A stretch of 60,091 bases of DNA, taken from assembly GCA_035492855.1 (NCBI GenBank), contig DATJIU010000015.1:1-60091 (forward strand), in the 5' to 3' direction. The notes below the pieces were generated by a model. It was not told the origin of the DNA and did no database searches. It saw only the letters and a list, made by a program, of their open reading frames with translations. This document shows positions 32,121 through 40,042 of the stretch, piece after piece. Source of the DNA: Dongiaceae bacterium (GTDB lineage Bacteria > Verrucomicrobiota > Verrucomicrobiia > Limisphaerales > JAFMIX01). The position numbers and the translations under genes are program-made. The first letter of the stretch is position 1. Each line of letters begins with the position of its first letter.

Positions 32121-34400
32121 ATGAAAATACGTCTCACTCCGGTTCGAATTGCAACGGCGCTGCTGTTGGCGGCGGCCCTGACCTGCCTGACGGCCTCGGC
32201 AGAAATCCCCCGCGCGGAACATCCGCGCCCCGATGCCTTCCGCACCAACTGGATGACCCTGAACGGCGACTGGCAGTTTGAAATTGACCAGGCCGGGGAC
32301 GGCGCCGCCCGCGGCTTTACTTCGGGACACGACTTGGCCAAAAAAATCACCGTGCCGTTTTGCCCGGAGAGCAAGCTGAGCGGCATCGGTCATTATGATT
32401 TGATGACCAACGTGTGGTATCGGCGCGAATTTGAAGTGCCGCAGAGCATGGCCGGCAAACGCGTGCTGTTGCATTTCGGTGGCGTGGATTACCAGACGTG
32501 GGTGTGGGTGAACGGCCAGTTGGCCGGCACGCACGTGGGCGGCAATGTTTCGTTCGCGTTTGAGATTACCCCGTTCCTGCACGCGGGCAGCAATGAAGTG
32601 GTGGTGCGCGCGTTTGACGACACCGCCAGCGGCCGGCAGCCCACCGGCAAACAGACGCACACCGTGAGCGAGGGTTGTGTTTATACCCGCACCACCGGCA
32701 TCTGGCAGCCGGTCTGGCTGGAAGCCGTGGGGTCTTCCTATGTCAGCCAGTTTTCCGTGGTGCCGGACCCGGACAATTCGCGGGTGCTGATCACGGCCGA
32801 TGTGGACGGCACCGACCCGGACCTCAAGCTCACCGTGGAAGCCTGGGCTGGCAACAAGCGCGTGGGCCGCGACACCGTCCCCGCCGAATGGCGCAACAAC
32901 CACCTCGTGGTGAATCTGAAGGAGAAGCATCTCTGGATGCCCGGTGATCCGTTTTTGTACGACCTGAAATTCACTCTGACGCGCGGCAAAAAAACGGTGG
33001 ATGCAGTCACCAGCTACTTTGGGTTGCGCAAGGTTTCCATTGTGGGCCGCGCCATCCTCATCAATGACAAACGCATTTTCCAGCGACTGATTCTGGACCA
33101 GGGCTTTTATCCGGATGGCATTTGGACGGCGCCGTCGGATGCCGAACTGAAGGCGGACATTGAACGTTCCATGGCGGCGGGGTTCAACGGCGCCCGGCTG
33201 CATCAAAAGGTGTTTGAGCCGCGCTTCCTGTATTGGGCGGACAAGCTGGGTTACCTCGTTTGGGGTGAATATCCCAACTGGGGTTTTGATTACAAGCCCG
33301 AGAACTACGCGAACTTCCTGAATGAATGGGTGGAGATTTTGGAGCGCGACCGCAATCACCCCGCGATTATCGGCTGGTGTCCCTTCAACGAAACACCGGG
33401 CAACGCGGGTGAATTGCAACGCATCATCTGGCAGGAAACCAAGGCGATTGATCCCACGCGGCCGGCGTTGGAAACCAGCGGCTGGGTCCACACGCTGCCG
33501 AACCCGGAAGTGCGTGATGCGCATAATTACGACCAGGACCCGGTCACCTACAAACTGCGTTGGCTGGATTATTTCACCACCGGCAAATTGCCGTTGCCGG
33601 CGCGTTATGGCAGCAATTCCGGCGATGTGGGCGTGCCGTTCATGGTCAGCGAATTTGGCGGCATCGGCTGGGATACCACCGGCGGCTGGGGTTATGGCCA
33701 GGGCCCCAAAGACCTGACGGAATTTTACGCCCGCTATCAGGGGTTGGTGGATGCGCAGTTGGACAATCCGGATTTGTTCGGGTTCTGCTACACGCAGCTC
33801 ACCGATGTGGAACAGGAACACAACGGGCTGTATTATTACAACCGCAAACCCAAGTTTGACCTGCAAAAGCTCCACGCCATCACCTCGCGGCCGGCGGCGT
33901 ATGAAACGGTCGGACCGCAGACGCCGCGGCCTAATACTGCGGCCAGCGGCAAAATGACCCGCGTGCTGGTGGGGGCCGCCCCGGATGGTGGCAACGCGCA
34001 ACCTTACCATTTCACCACCAGCGAACCGGGCGCCGGCTGGAACACCGCCGCGTTTGATGATTCGGCCTGGCAGACCGGCCACGCGCCGTTTGGCCACGGT
34101 CCGGCGGGCATTCGCACCGCCTGGCAGACGGATGACATCTGGCTGCGCCAAACCTTTGACTCCGACCTGGCCAGCATCAAGAGCGCCGCGCTGGTGATTC
34201 ATTTCGACGACGACACCGAGGTGTTCGTCAACGGCCAGTTGATTTGGGGCGAGAAAGGCGCGAATGGCGATTATCAGATCTTTCCCGTGACCGACGTGCT
34301 GAAGTCCGCCCTGAAACCGGGAAAGAACCTCATCGCCATCCATACCCACCAGACCGGCGGCGACCAGTTCATTGATGTCGCCTTGCTCTGCGAACCGTAG
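32121..34400 (+). CDS. glycoside hydrolase family 2 protein with an extra C-terminal jelly-roll domain
   Basis: Signal peptide, N-terminal sugar-binding module (LNGDWQFE), NHPAIIGWCPFNE (acid/base region), VSEFGG (nucleophile region), and a C-terminal galactose-binding-like repeat (AFDDSAWQTG...IAIHTHQ). Confidence 0.85.
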   Translation: MKIRLTPVRIATALLLAAALTCLTASAEIPRAEHPRPDAFRTNWMTLNGDWQFEIDQAGDGAARGFTSGHDLAKKITVPFCPESKLSGIGHYDLMTNVWYRREFEVPQSMAGKRVLLHFGGVDYQTWVWVNGQLAGTHVGGNVSFAFEITPFLHAGSNEVVVRAFDDTASGRQPTGKQTHTVSEGCVYTRTTGIWQPVWLEAVGSSYVSQFSVVPDPDNSRVLITADVDGTDPDLKLTVEAWAGNKRVGRDTVPAEWRNNHLVVNLKEKHLWMPGDPFLYDLKFTLTRGKKTVDAVTSYFGLRKVSIVGRAILINDKRIFQRLILDQGFYPDGIWTAPSDAELKADIERSMAAGFNGARLHQKVFEPRFLYWADKLGYLVWGEYPNWGFDYKPENYANFLNEWVEILERDRNHPAIIGWCPFNETPGNAGELQRIIWQETKAIDPTRPALETSGWVHTLPNPEVRDAHNYDQDPVTYKLRWLDYFTTGKLPLPARYGSNSGDVGVPFMVSEFGGIGWDTTGGWGYGQGPKDLTEFYARYQGLVDAQLDNPDLFGFCYTQLTDVEQEHNGLYYYNRKPKFDLQKLHAITSRPAAYETVGPQTPRPNTAASGKMTRVLVGAAPDGGNAQPYHFTTSEPGAGWNTAAFDDSAWQTGHAPFGHGPAGIRTAWQTDDIWLRQTFDSDLASIKSAALVIHFDDDTEVFVNGQLIWGEKGANGDYQIFPVTDVLKSALKPGKNLIAIHTHQTGGDQFIDVALLCEP

Positions 34401-34564
34401 GCGCCGGCAGGCGGCTGTGCGGATCGGCGGGGCCATTGCCGGCCTGGCGGCGTGCGGGTCGGAGCCAAAGTTCAGACCCAGGCCCGCGAAGTCTGGCGCC
34501 GCAATTTCCTAACCAACGATGCCCGGCTTTCTTTTGGCAGATCAAATCCTGGCGTTTGGGCGGT

Positions 34565-35392
34565 TCATGGTGAAGCGAGTTCGCCATACCAATAGGAAGC
34601 GGTGACTCCGCCATCCATGAGGATGTCGCTGCCCGTGATAAAGCCGCCGTCCGCCCCCAGAAGCAAGGCCGCAACCGTGGCCACTTCATCCGGAGTTCCG
34701 GCGCGTTTTGCCACGGAAAGATCAATCATACGGCGATACCCTTCGCCGCGCGGCCCCGTCAGTTCATCTTTTGCGAGCGGAGTCATGATGATGCCCGGGC
34801 TGATGGTGTTTAGGCGGGCTCCGCGCTTGCCCCAGCGAACCGCTTCGGCCATGACGCGGAGCGAGTTCCCGCGCTTGGAAAGCTGGTAGGCGTGCAGGGA
34901 ATCCTTCACCTGGTCAGGTTGCAAGAACGGCAGCCGCAGCAGTTCTTCCACCGGCGTCGTCGCCAGAGCCTGGTTCTGGGCGACGGTGAGGGGCGGCAGG
35001 CGATGCCCGGACTGCGAGGCGATGACCACCCCGGCCCCACCTTGACCGATGACGTTGCCAAACTCCTCCAGCAGCAGCGCCGTGCCGTAGAGGTCAACTT
35101 TAAGGATGGTCGCCGGTGCTGCCTGCGATGGCGAGACCCCGGCGGCATGGATCAGTCCGGTGACTTCGCCCAGCCCGGTGGCGGTTTCAACGAGCGCCCG
35201 CACGGCCTGACGCGAGGACACATCCACGGTCGCGACACTGGTGGCATATCCGGCGTTCCCTAAAATCGCCGCCGCGGCCTGGGCGTTTTCCGGGCGCATG
35301 TCGGCCAGGAGTATATGCTTGCCCGCGCCCACCCGCCGCGCGATGGCCTGTCCAATCTGCCCCGGTCCTACGACTACGACGATCTGCTGCAT
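34565..35392 (-). CDS. SDR-family oxidoreductase
   Basis: From MQQIVVVVGPGQIGQAIA (Rossmann motif), with YQLSKRG (YxxxK catalytic motif) and a C-terminal GGFITGSDILMDGG. Confidence 0.85.
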   Translation of the reverse strand: MQQIVVVVGPGQIGQAIARRVGAGKHILLADMRPENAQAAAAILGNAGYATSVATVDVSSRQAVRALVETATGLGEVTGLIHAAGVSPSQAAPATILKVDLYGTALLLEEFGNVIGQGGAGVVIASQSGHRLPPLTVAQNQALATTPVEELLRLPFLQPDQVKDSLHAYQLSKRGNSLRVMAEAVRWGKRGARLNTISPGIIMTPLAKDELTGPRGEGYRRMIDLSVAKRAGTPDEVATVAALLLGADGGFITGSDILMDGGVTASYWYGELASP

Positions 35393-36531
35393 AATCCATC
35401 CTTTCTTTTGGTTTTCGCCCGGATTTCCGTGAAGCCAATGCAATGGCCCGCCACACATTGCGGGCATAACACGAATCCTCGGGACAGATGCCACGGTAAA
35501 GCCGTTCAATTGGGACCTCCCGCCACGCTGTGCGGGAAAATATCCTGCCCTCTGTTACTACCAATCCAGCCGCAGCTTCCTCGCGCCGGTTTCTTGGTGG
35601 TTCTCCCTGCATTTTGTTTTAACAATGATTTTGCGGTTTTTTGATTTTGTAAATTTGCAACCTGCTTTCCCACAGCCAGTTTAAACTTTTAAGCTCGCTG
35701 TTTTTGCCTTAAAAAATTGGGTTCACCATTAAACCACAGGGGTTCCGGGAGCGTGATAGAATACTCGATGGGATGCGAAAAACCGCAACCAGAGCCGGCC
35801 TGCGGGCCGAGAGGCAGGGCATGCAAAAGGCTGGATGCAGAACCGTGCCCCGATGCGACCGGTCGCGGGCGCGGCAACGGGAGATGGAAGGTGACATGGC
35901 GTTACCGCCAAGCCTGCATCGGCAACAACATCCCGTGCGGACGGTTCGTCCGCGCTCTGGAAAACCTCCGAAATCCGGCCAAATCAAACCGGATCAAACC
36001 ACTTTTATGCGCGCTCACTTCGTGACCGATGAAGCGGCGGTGCCGCGCCACCCTGACTTCCGTCGCGCTGCGGAGCAGCGGCAGACAGGGAAAAGCCCAA
36101 CTTTGCCCCGCCGGGTTACGCCAGACGGCCTTCCTGGCGCGGCCAGAGCTCTCCCAATCCGCAATCCGAATTTCGCATTCCGCACTTATCTGGCCGTCCG
36201 TTCGGTGGCCGCTTGCAAAGGTCAAATTACCAAACGAACCCAATTTTTTCGGGGCAATACGCAGGTGCAAGTAACTATGAATAAATTAGTTGAATCCGTT
36301 TTCGGTGCCGCACGGATTTGGGTTCATTTGGCTTCGTTCCTGGGTCCGCCGGTAGCAACGAACCCAACTCAGCGGCTCCTGTTTGCAACTGGGCGGTGGC
36401 GAATCAGGCCGCTTTGGTTCGCCTCGCCGGGCGTTCGGTGGGACGCCTGTTCTCCCTGCCGGGAGTGGCCGGGGGGGGGCCGATGAAACAATTGTTGTAA
36501 GGGAACTTGGAGTTGTCCGACAAACCTGCTG

Positions 36532-36987
36532 ATGAAAAAAATAAGTATCCTCATTTTGGTGGCAACCTTGGCCGTACCCCTGTTGGCGCGGGCCGAGAAA
36601 ACCCTGTTGAATCTCAACGCCTCCGGGGTGGCTATTCAGGGCTACGACCCGGTGGCCTTTTTCACCGACGGCAAACCGGTGAAGGGCAGCGAAAAGTTCA
36701 CGGCCAAGCGCGACGGGGCCATTTACCAGTTCGCCAGCAAGGAGCATCTCAAGACGTTCCTGGCGGATTCGGCCAAGTATGAACCCGCCTATGGTGGCTA
36801 CTGCGCGTACGGGGTCTCCCGGGACAAACTGGTGGAGGTGGATGTAAACGCTTTCCAAATCGTGGATGGCCGGCTATTACTCCAGTACAGCCCGACGGTG
36901 AAGGAAACTTTCAACAAGGATGCGAAAGCCAACCTGGCCAAGGCCGAGGCCAACTGGCCCAAGCTGGTGGATCAGAAAGGAAAATAA
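36532..36987 (+). CDS. YHS-domain-containing secreted protein (Cys form)
   Basis: Signal peptide MKKISILILVATLAVPLLARA, then GYDPVAFF...YQFAS and YGGYCAYGV motifs. Confidence 0.75.
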   Translation: MKKISILILVATLAVPLLARAEKTLLNLNASGVAIQGYDPVAFFTDGKPVKGSEKFTAKRDGAIYQFASKEHLKTFLADSAKYEPAYGGYCAYGVSRDKLVEVDVNAFQIVDGRLLLQYSPTVKETFNKDAKANLAKAEANWPKLVDQKGK

Positions 36988-37024
36988 AAAACGTTCCGAA
37001 TGCCAACCCCATGCCCTCCCGTCC

Positions 37025-37567
37025 ATGAATCCCAATCTCCCGAGTGAGTCCGAAATTCTGATCCAATCGGTCATTGAAACCCTCGATCAGGCCGAGACCC
37101 TGCTGGGCGGCATTGATGACACCCAGTACGTGGCGCACGTGCCGGTGGCTTTCAATGCCAGCATCGGCGGCCACTACCGGCATTGCCTCGACCACTTCCG
37201 CAGCCTGCTGGATGCGGCGCGGGCGGGCGACCTCAATTACGACCAGCGCGAGCGGGGGACCCTGGTGGAGACGGACCGGTTTGCCGCGCTCAACGCCACG
37301 CGGGAATTGCGCGCGGCCTATTTGCGGCTGCCCGCAAACTTCACGATGCGGCCGCTCGCGGTCACTTGCAAAACCAGTTACGCCGCGCGCGATTCGCAAA
37401 CCGCGCCGTCCACGGTGGGCCGGGAAATCATGTATGCCGTGGCGCATGCCGTGCACCACTACGCGCTCATCGGCATCATGGCCGGCTTGCTGGAGGTGAA
37501 GCTGCCCGCCGGTTTTGGCGTGGCGCCCTCCACATTGCGGCATCAGGCCGAAACCGCCGCCGCGTGA
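37025..37567 (+). CDS. DinB-superfamily protein
   Basis: From MNPNLPSE. A four-helix pattern with conserved His residues (GGHYRHCLDHF ... AVAHAVHHYALI) typical of DinB_2. Confidence 0.75.
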   Translation: MNPNLPSESEILIQSVIETLDQAETLLGGIDDTQYVAHVPVAFNASIGGHYRHCLDHFRSLLDAARAGDLNYDQRERGTLVETDRFAALNATRELRAAYLRLPANFTMRPLAVTCKTSYAARDSQTAPSTVGREIMYAVAHAVHHYALIGIMAGLLEVKLPAGFGVAPSTLRHQAETAAA

Positions 37568-37586
37568 GGCCGGTCCAAAATCACCC

Positions 37587-39227
37587 ATGACCGAAACCCT
37601 TCCCTGGCCGGCGCAAAACATTGCGATGTGGCTGCCCGTCTGGCAGGCGGCGGGTTTTTTCCTGGCCACATTTGTTTTGGAAGACGTGGCCACCGTGGGC
37701 GCGGGAGTGCTGCTGGCCGCGGGCGCCGTTTCCGGGCCGGTCGCTTTTGCCTCGTGCTTTCTGGGCATCTGGGCCGGGGACGCCGGGCTCTACGCGCTGG
37801 CGCGGTTTGCCGGACGGAAATGGTTTGACCGGTCACGCTGGCACCGGCACGCCGCGCGGGTGGCGGCGAGTGAACGCTGGTTCGCGGAACGCGGCCTGCC
37901 CATCCTCATCTTCACTCGCATGTTGCCGGGCACGCGTTTGCCCACGTATCTGGCGGCGGGATTTCTCCGGGTGCCGGCACCCCGCTTCCTGTGGATCACC
38001 GGCATCGCCGCCTGCCTCTGGACGGCATTGATTTTGGGACTGGCGCAATTGTTTGGCAACCGGTTGGTGGCCTGGTTGCAGGCGGGCAAACAGGACGGCT
38101 GGATTTTGCTGGGCATCGGAGTGCTGGCGTACCTGGGATTGCGCGGGCTCCGGCGGGTGGATTGGCGCCAAGTGGCCGTCGCTTGGGGACGCTGTTACCG
38201 CTGGGAATTCTGGCCGGCCTGGGTGTTCTATCCCCCGGTGGTGGTTTACTGCCTGTGGCTGGCGATAAAATATCGCGGCCTGTCCGCGCCGACGGCGGCC
38301 AACCCCGGAATCTTCTCCGGCGGTCTGGTGGGCGAATCCAAAATGGCCCTGCTGCAGGAGTTGCTGGCTACCAGTCCGGAATTCACCGCGAGGGCGGCGT
38401 TGCTTCCCGGCGAAACCGTGGCGGAAAGGCTGCGAGCCCTCGCCGAAGTGCAGGGCCAGTTGGATTTGGGCTTTCCTGTGGTGCTCAAGCCGGACGTCGG
38501 CCAGCGCGGTGCCGGGGTGAAGTTGATTCATAATGATGAGCAGGCGGAAGCTTACCTCCGCCATACCGCCGCGCCCTTGGTGGTGCAGCGGTATGCGCCG
38601 GGGCCGGGTGAGGTGGGCGTTTTTTATTACCGCTTTCCCCACGAACCACACGGACACATCTTCGCCATCACCGAGAAGATTTTTCCAGAGGTGACCGGTG
38701 ATGGCCGGAGCACTTTGGCGGAACTGATCTGGCAGGATCCCCGGGCCCGTTTCCTGGTGCGCAAATATCTCCGCCGTTTTGCCGGGCGGGAGGATGAAGT
38801 GCTGCCCGCGGGCGAAACGTTGCGGTTGGTGGCCGCGGGCAATCACGCGCAGGGGTGCATTTTCCAGGATGGCATGCGCCTGAACACTCCCGCGCTGGCG
38901 GCGCGCATTGATGAAATTTCCCGGCGGCTGCCCGGTTTTTTTATTGGCCGGTACGACATCCGGTTTGCGGAGGAAGCGGATTTGCGGGCCGGGCGAAATT
39001 TTCAAATCATTGAACTCAACGGCGCCGCGGCGGAGGCCACGAGCATTTACGATGCGCGCAATTCATTGCGGGCCGCCTATCGCACGCTCTTCCGGCAATG
39101 GGAACTGGTCTTTGCCATTGGCGCCGCCAATCGCGACCGCGGCTGCCCGCCGGCCCGGGTGAGGGAGGTCTGGCGCGCGTGGCGCGATTACGCCCGCACC
39201 GCCGCGACGTATCCGCTGGCCGACTAA
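37587..39227 (+). CDS. fusion protein: N-terminal VTT/DedA membrane domain plus C-terminal ATP-grasp ligase domain
   Basis: The N-terminal half has DedA signatures (LEDVATVGAG, FTRMLPGTRLPTYLAAGF) and several TM segments. The C-terminal half has an ATP-grasp pattern (VVLKPDVGQRGAGV, VVQRYAPG, IIELNGAAAE). Confidence 0.8.
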   Translation: MTETLPWPAQNIAMWLPVWQAAGFFLATFVLEDVATVGAGVLLAAGAVSGPVAFASCFLGIWAGDAGLYALARFAGRKWFDRSRWHRHAARVAASERWFAERGLPILIFTRMLPGTRLPTYLAAGFLRVPAPRFLWITGIAACLWTALILGLAQLFGNRLVAWLQAGKQDGWILLGIGVLAYLGLRGLRRVDWRQVAVAWGRCYRWEFWPAWVFYPPVVVYCLWLAIKYRGLSAPTAANPGIFSGGLVGESKMALLQELLATSPEFTARAALLPGETVAERLRALAEVQGQLDLGFPVVLKPDVGQRGAGVKLIHNDEQAEAYLRHTAAPLVVQRYAPGPGEVGVFYYRFPHEPHGHIFAITEKIFPEVTGDGRSTLAELIWQDPRARFLVRKYLRRFAGREDEVLPAGETLRLVAAGNHAQGCIFQDGMRLNTPALAARIDEISRRLPGFFIGRYDIRFAEEADLRAGRNFQIIELNGAAAEATSIYDARNSLRAAYRTLFRQWELVFAIGAANRDRGCPPARVREVWRAWRDYARTAATYPLAD

Positions 39228-39238
39228 ATTTTCCTGCC

Positions 39239-40042
39239 ATGTGTACCGTCAGTCTGATTGCCCGGCGCAACGGTTATGCGCTGGCGATGAACCGGGATGA
39301 AAAACTCTCCCGCGTTGCCGGCTTGCCACCGGCGCGGCAAACGGTGGCGGGCCATGCGGCGCTCAGCCCTTCCGAGCCGGGCGGGGGCACCTGGATCGCG
39401 CTCAATGATTTTGGAGTGACCCTGGCGTTGATTAACTGGTACTCCGTGCCGGGCCAGACCCGGCGGGGGAACGTCAGCCGGGGAAGTGTCATTCGCGGCG
39501 CCCAGACTGCCGGTTCGGCGGATGAAGTGGCGCACGCATTGCGGGCATTACCATTGCGCCGGATCAATCCCTTTCGATTGATTGGGGTATTCCCTGGCAG
39601 TCGCGAAGTATGGGAATGGCGATGGAATTTGAAACAACTCAAGGCGCACCGACATCCCTGGCGAATGGGGCAGTGGGTTTCATCCGGTTGGGATGAACCG
39701 GCGGCGCAGCGCATTCGTGGCCGCGTCTTCCGTCAGGCCCGCCGGAAAAAATCTGCCGGCACGTTAGCGTGGTTGCGGCGGCTGCATCGCTCGCATGTGC
39801 CGGGCTGTGGCGCCGGATCCATCTGCATGCATCGGGCCGACGCAGCAACGGTCAGCTACACCGAGGTGGTGCTGACATTCACGCACGCCCGCATGCGCCA
39901 TCACCAAGGCGCCCCGTGTGTCTCCGGGCGACTCAGCACCCTGCAACTCCCGGCGAGTCGGTCAGGAACCAATGGGCAAAGGCGGCAAAGCCCCGGCGCG
40001 ACGGCTGTCAGGCGGCGCTCAGTTCCTGCGGCTGTCCGGTGA
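39239..40042 (+). CDS. NRDE (TANGO2/DUF833) family protein
   Basis: Starts MCTVSL (Cys2, Ntn-hydrolase-like) followed by the AMNRDE motif. The last about 45 residues are Arg-rich, and the gene overlaps the convergent kinase gene by 35 nt. Confidence 0.8.
   Translation: MCTVSLIARRNGYALAMNRDEKLSRVAGLPPARQTVAGHAALSPSEPGGGTWIALNDFGVTLALINWYSVPGQTRRGNVSRGSVIRGAQTAGSADEVAHALRALPLRRINPFRLIGVFPGSREVWEWRWNLKQLKAHRHPWRMGQWVSSGWDEPAAQRIRGRVFRQARRKKSAGTLAWLRRLHRSHVPGCGAGSICMHRADAATVSYTEVVLTFTHARMRHHQGAPCVSGRLSTLQLPASRSGTNGQRRQSPGATAVRRRSVPAAVR

Noticed and set aside
32088-34436. A 782-aa ORF on the minus strand mirrors the entire GH2 gene.
   Set aside because: The plus-strand product has a signal peptide and GH2 catalytic motifs (NHPAIIGWCPFNE, SEFGG). 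The antisense product is Arg/Gly/Ala-rich with no motifs. Long stop-free antisense frames are expected in high-GC3 genes.
35773-36486. A 237-aa ORF fills the 1.1-kb gap.
   Set aside because: It is Arg/Pro-rich, has no recognisable domain and no plausible start context, and overlaps equally poor minus-strand ORFs. I treat the region as non-coding or unknown (see finding).
35393-36531. Possible RNase P RNA, tmRNA, SRP RNA, 6S RNA or a riboswitch in the gap.
   Set aside because: I looked on both strands for hallmark strings (GGAAAGUCCGGGC and ACAGAACCCGGCUUA for RNase P; the tRNA-like tmRNA ends; the SRP GGAA/AGCA loop context; cobalamin and TPP cores) and found none. This eye check is not equivalent to a covariance-model scan.
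36532-36987. The YHS-domain protein as a selenoprotein.
   Set aside because: Some members of this family contain selenocysteine, but here the motif reads YGGYCAYGV with a Cys codon. There is no in-frame TGA, and no SECIS-like need arises.
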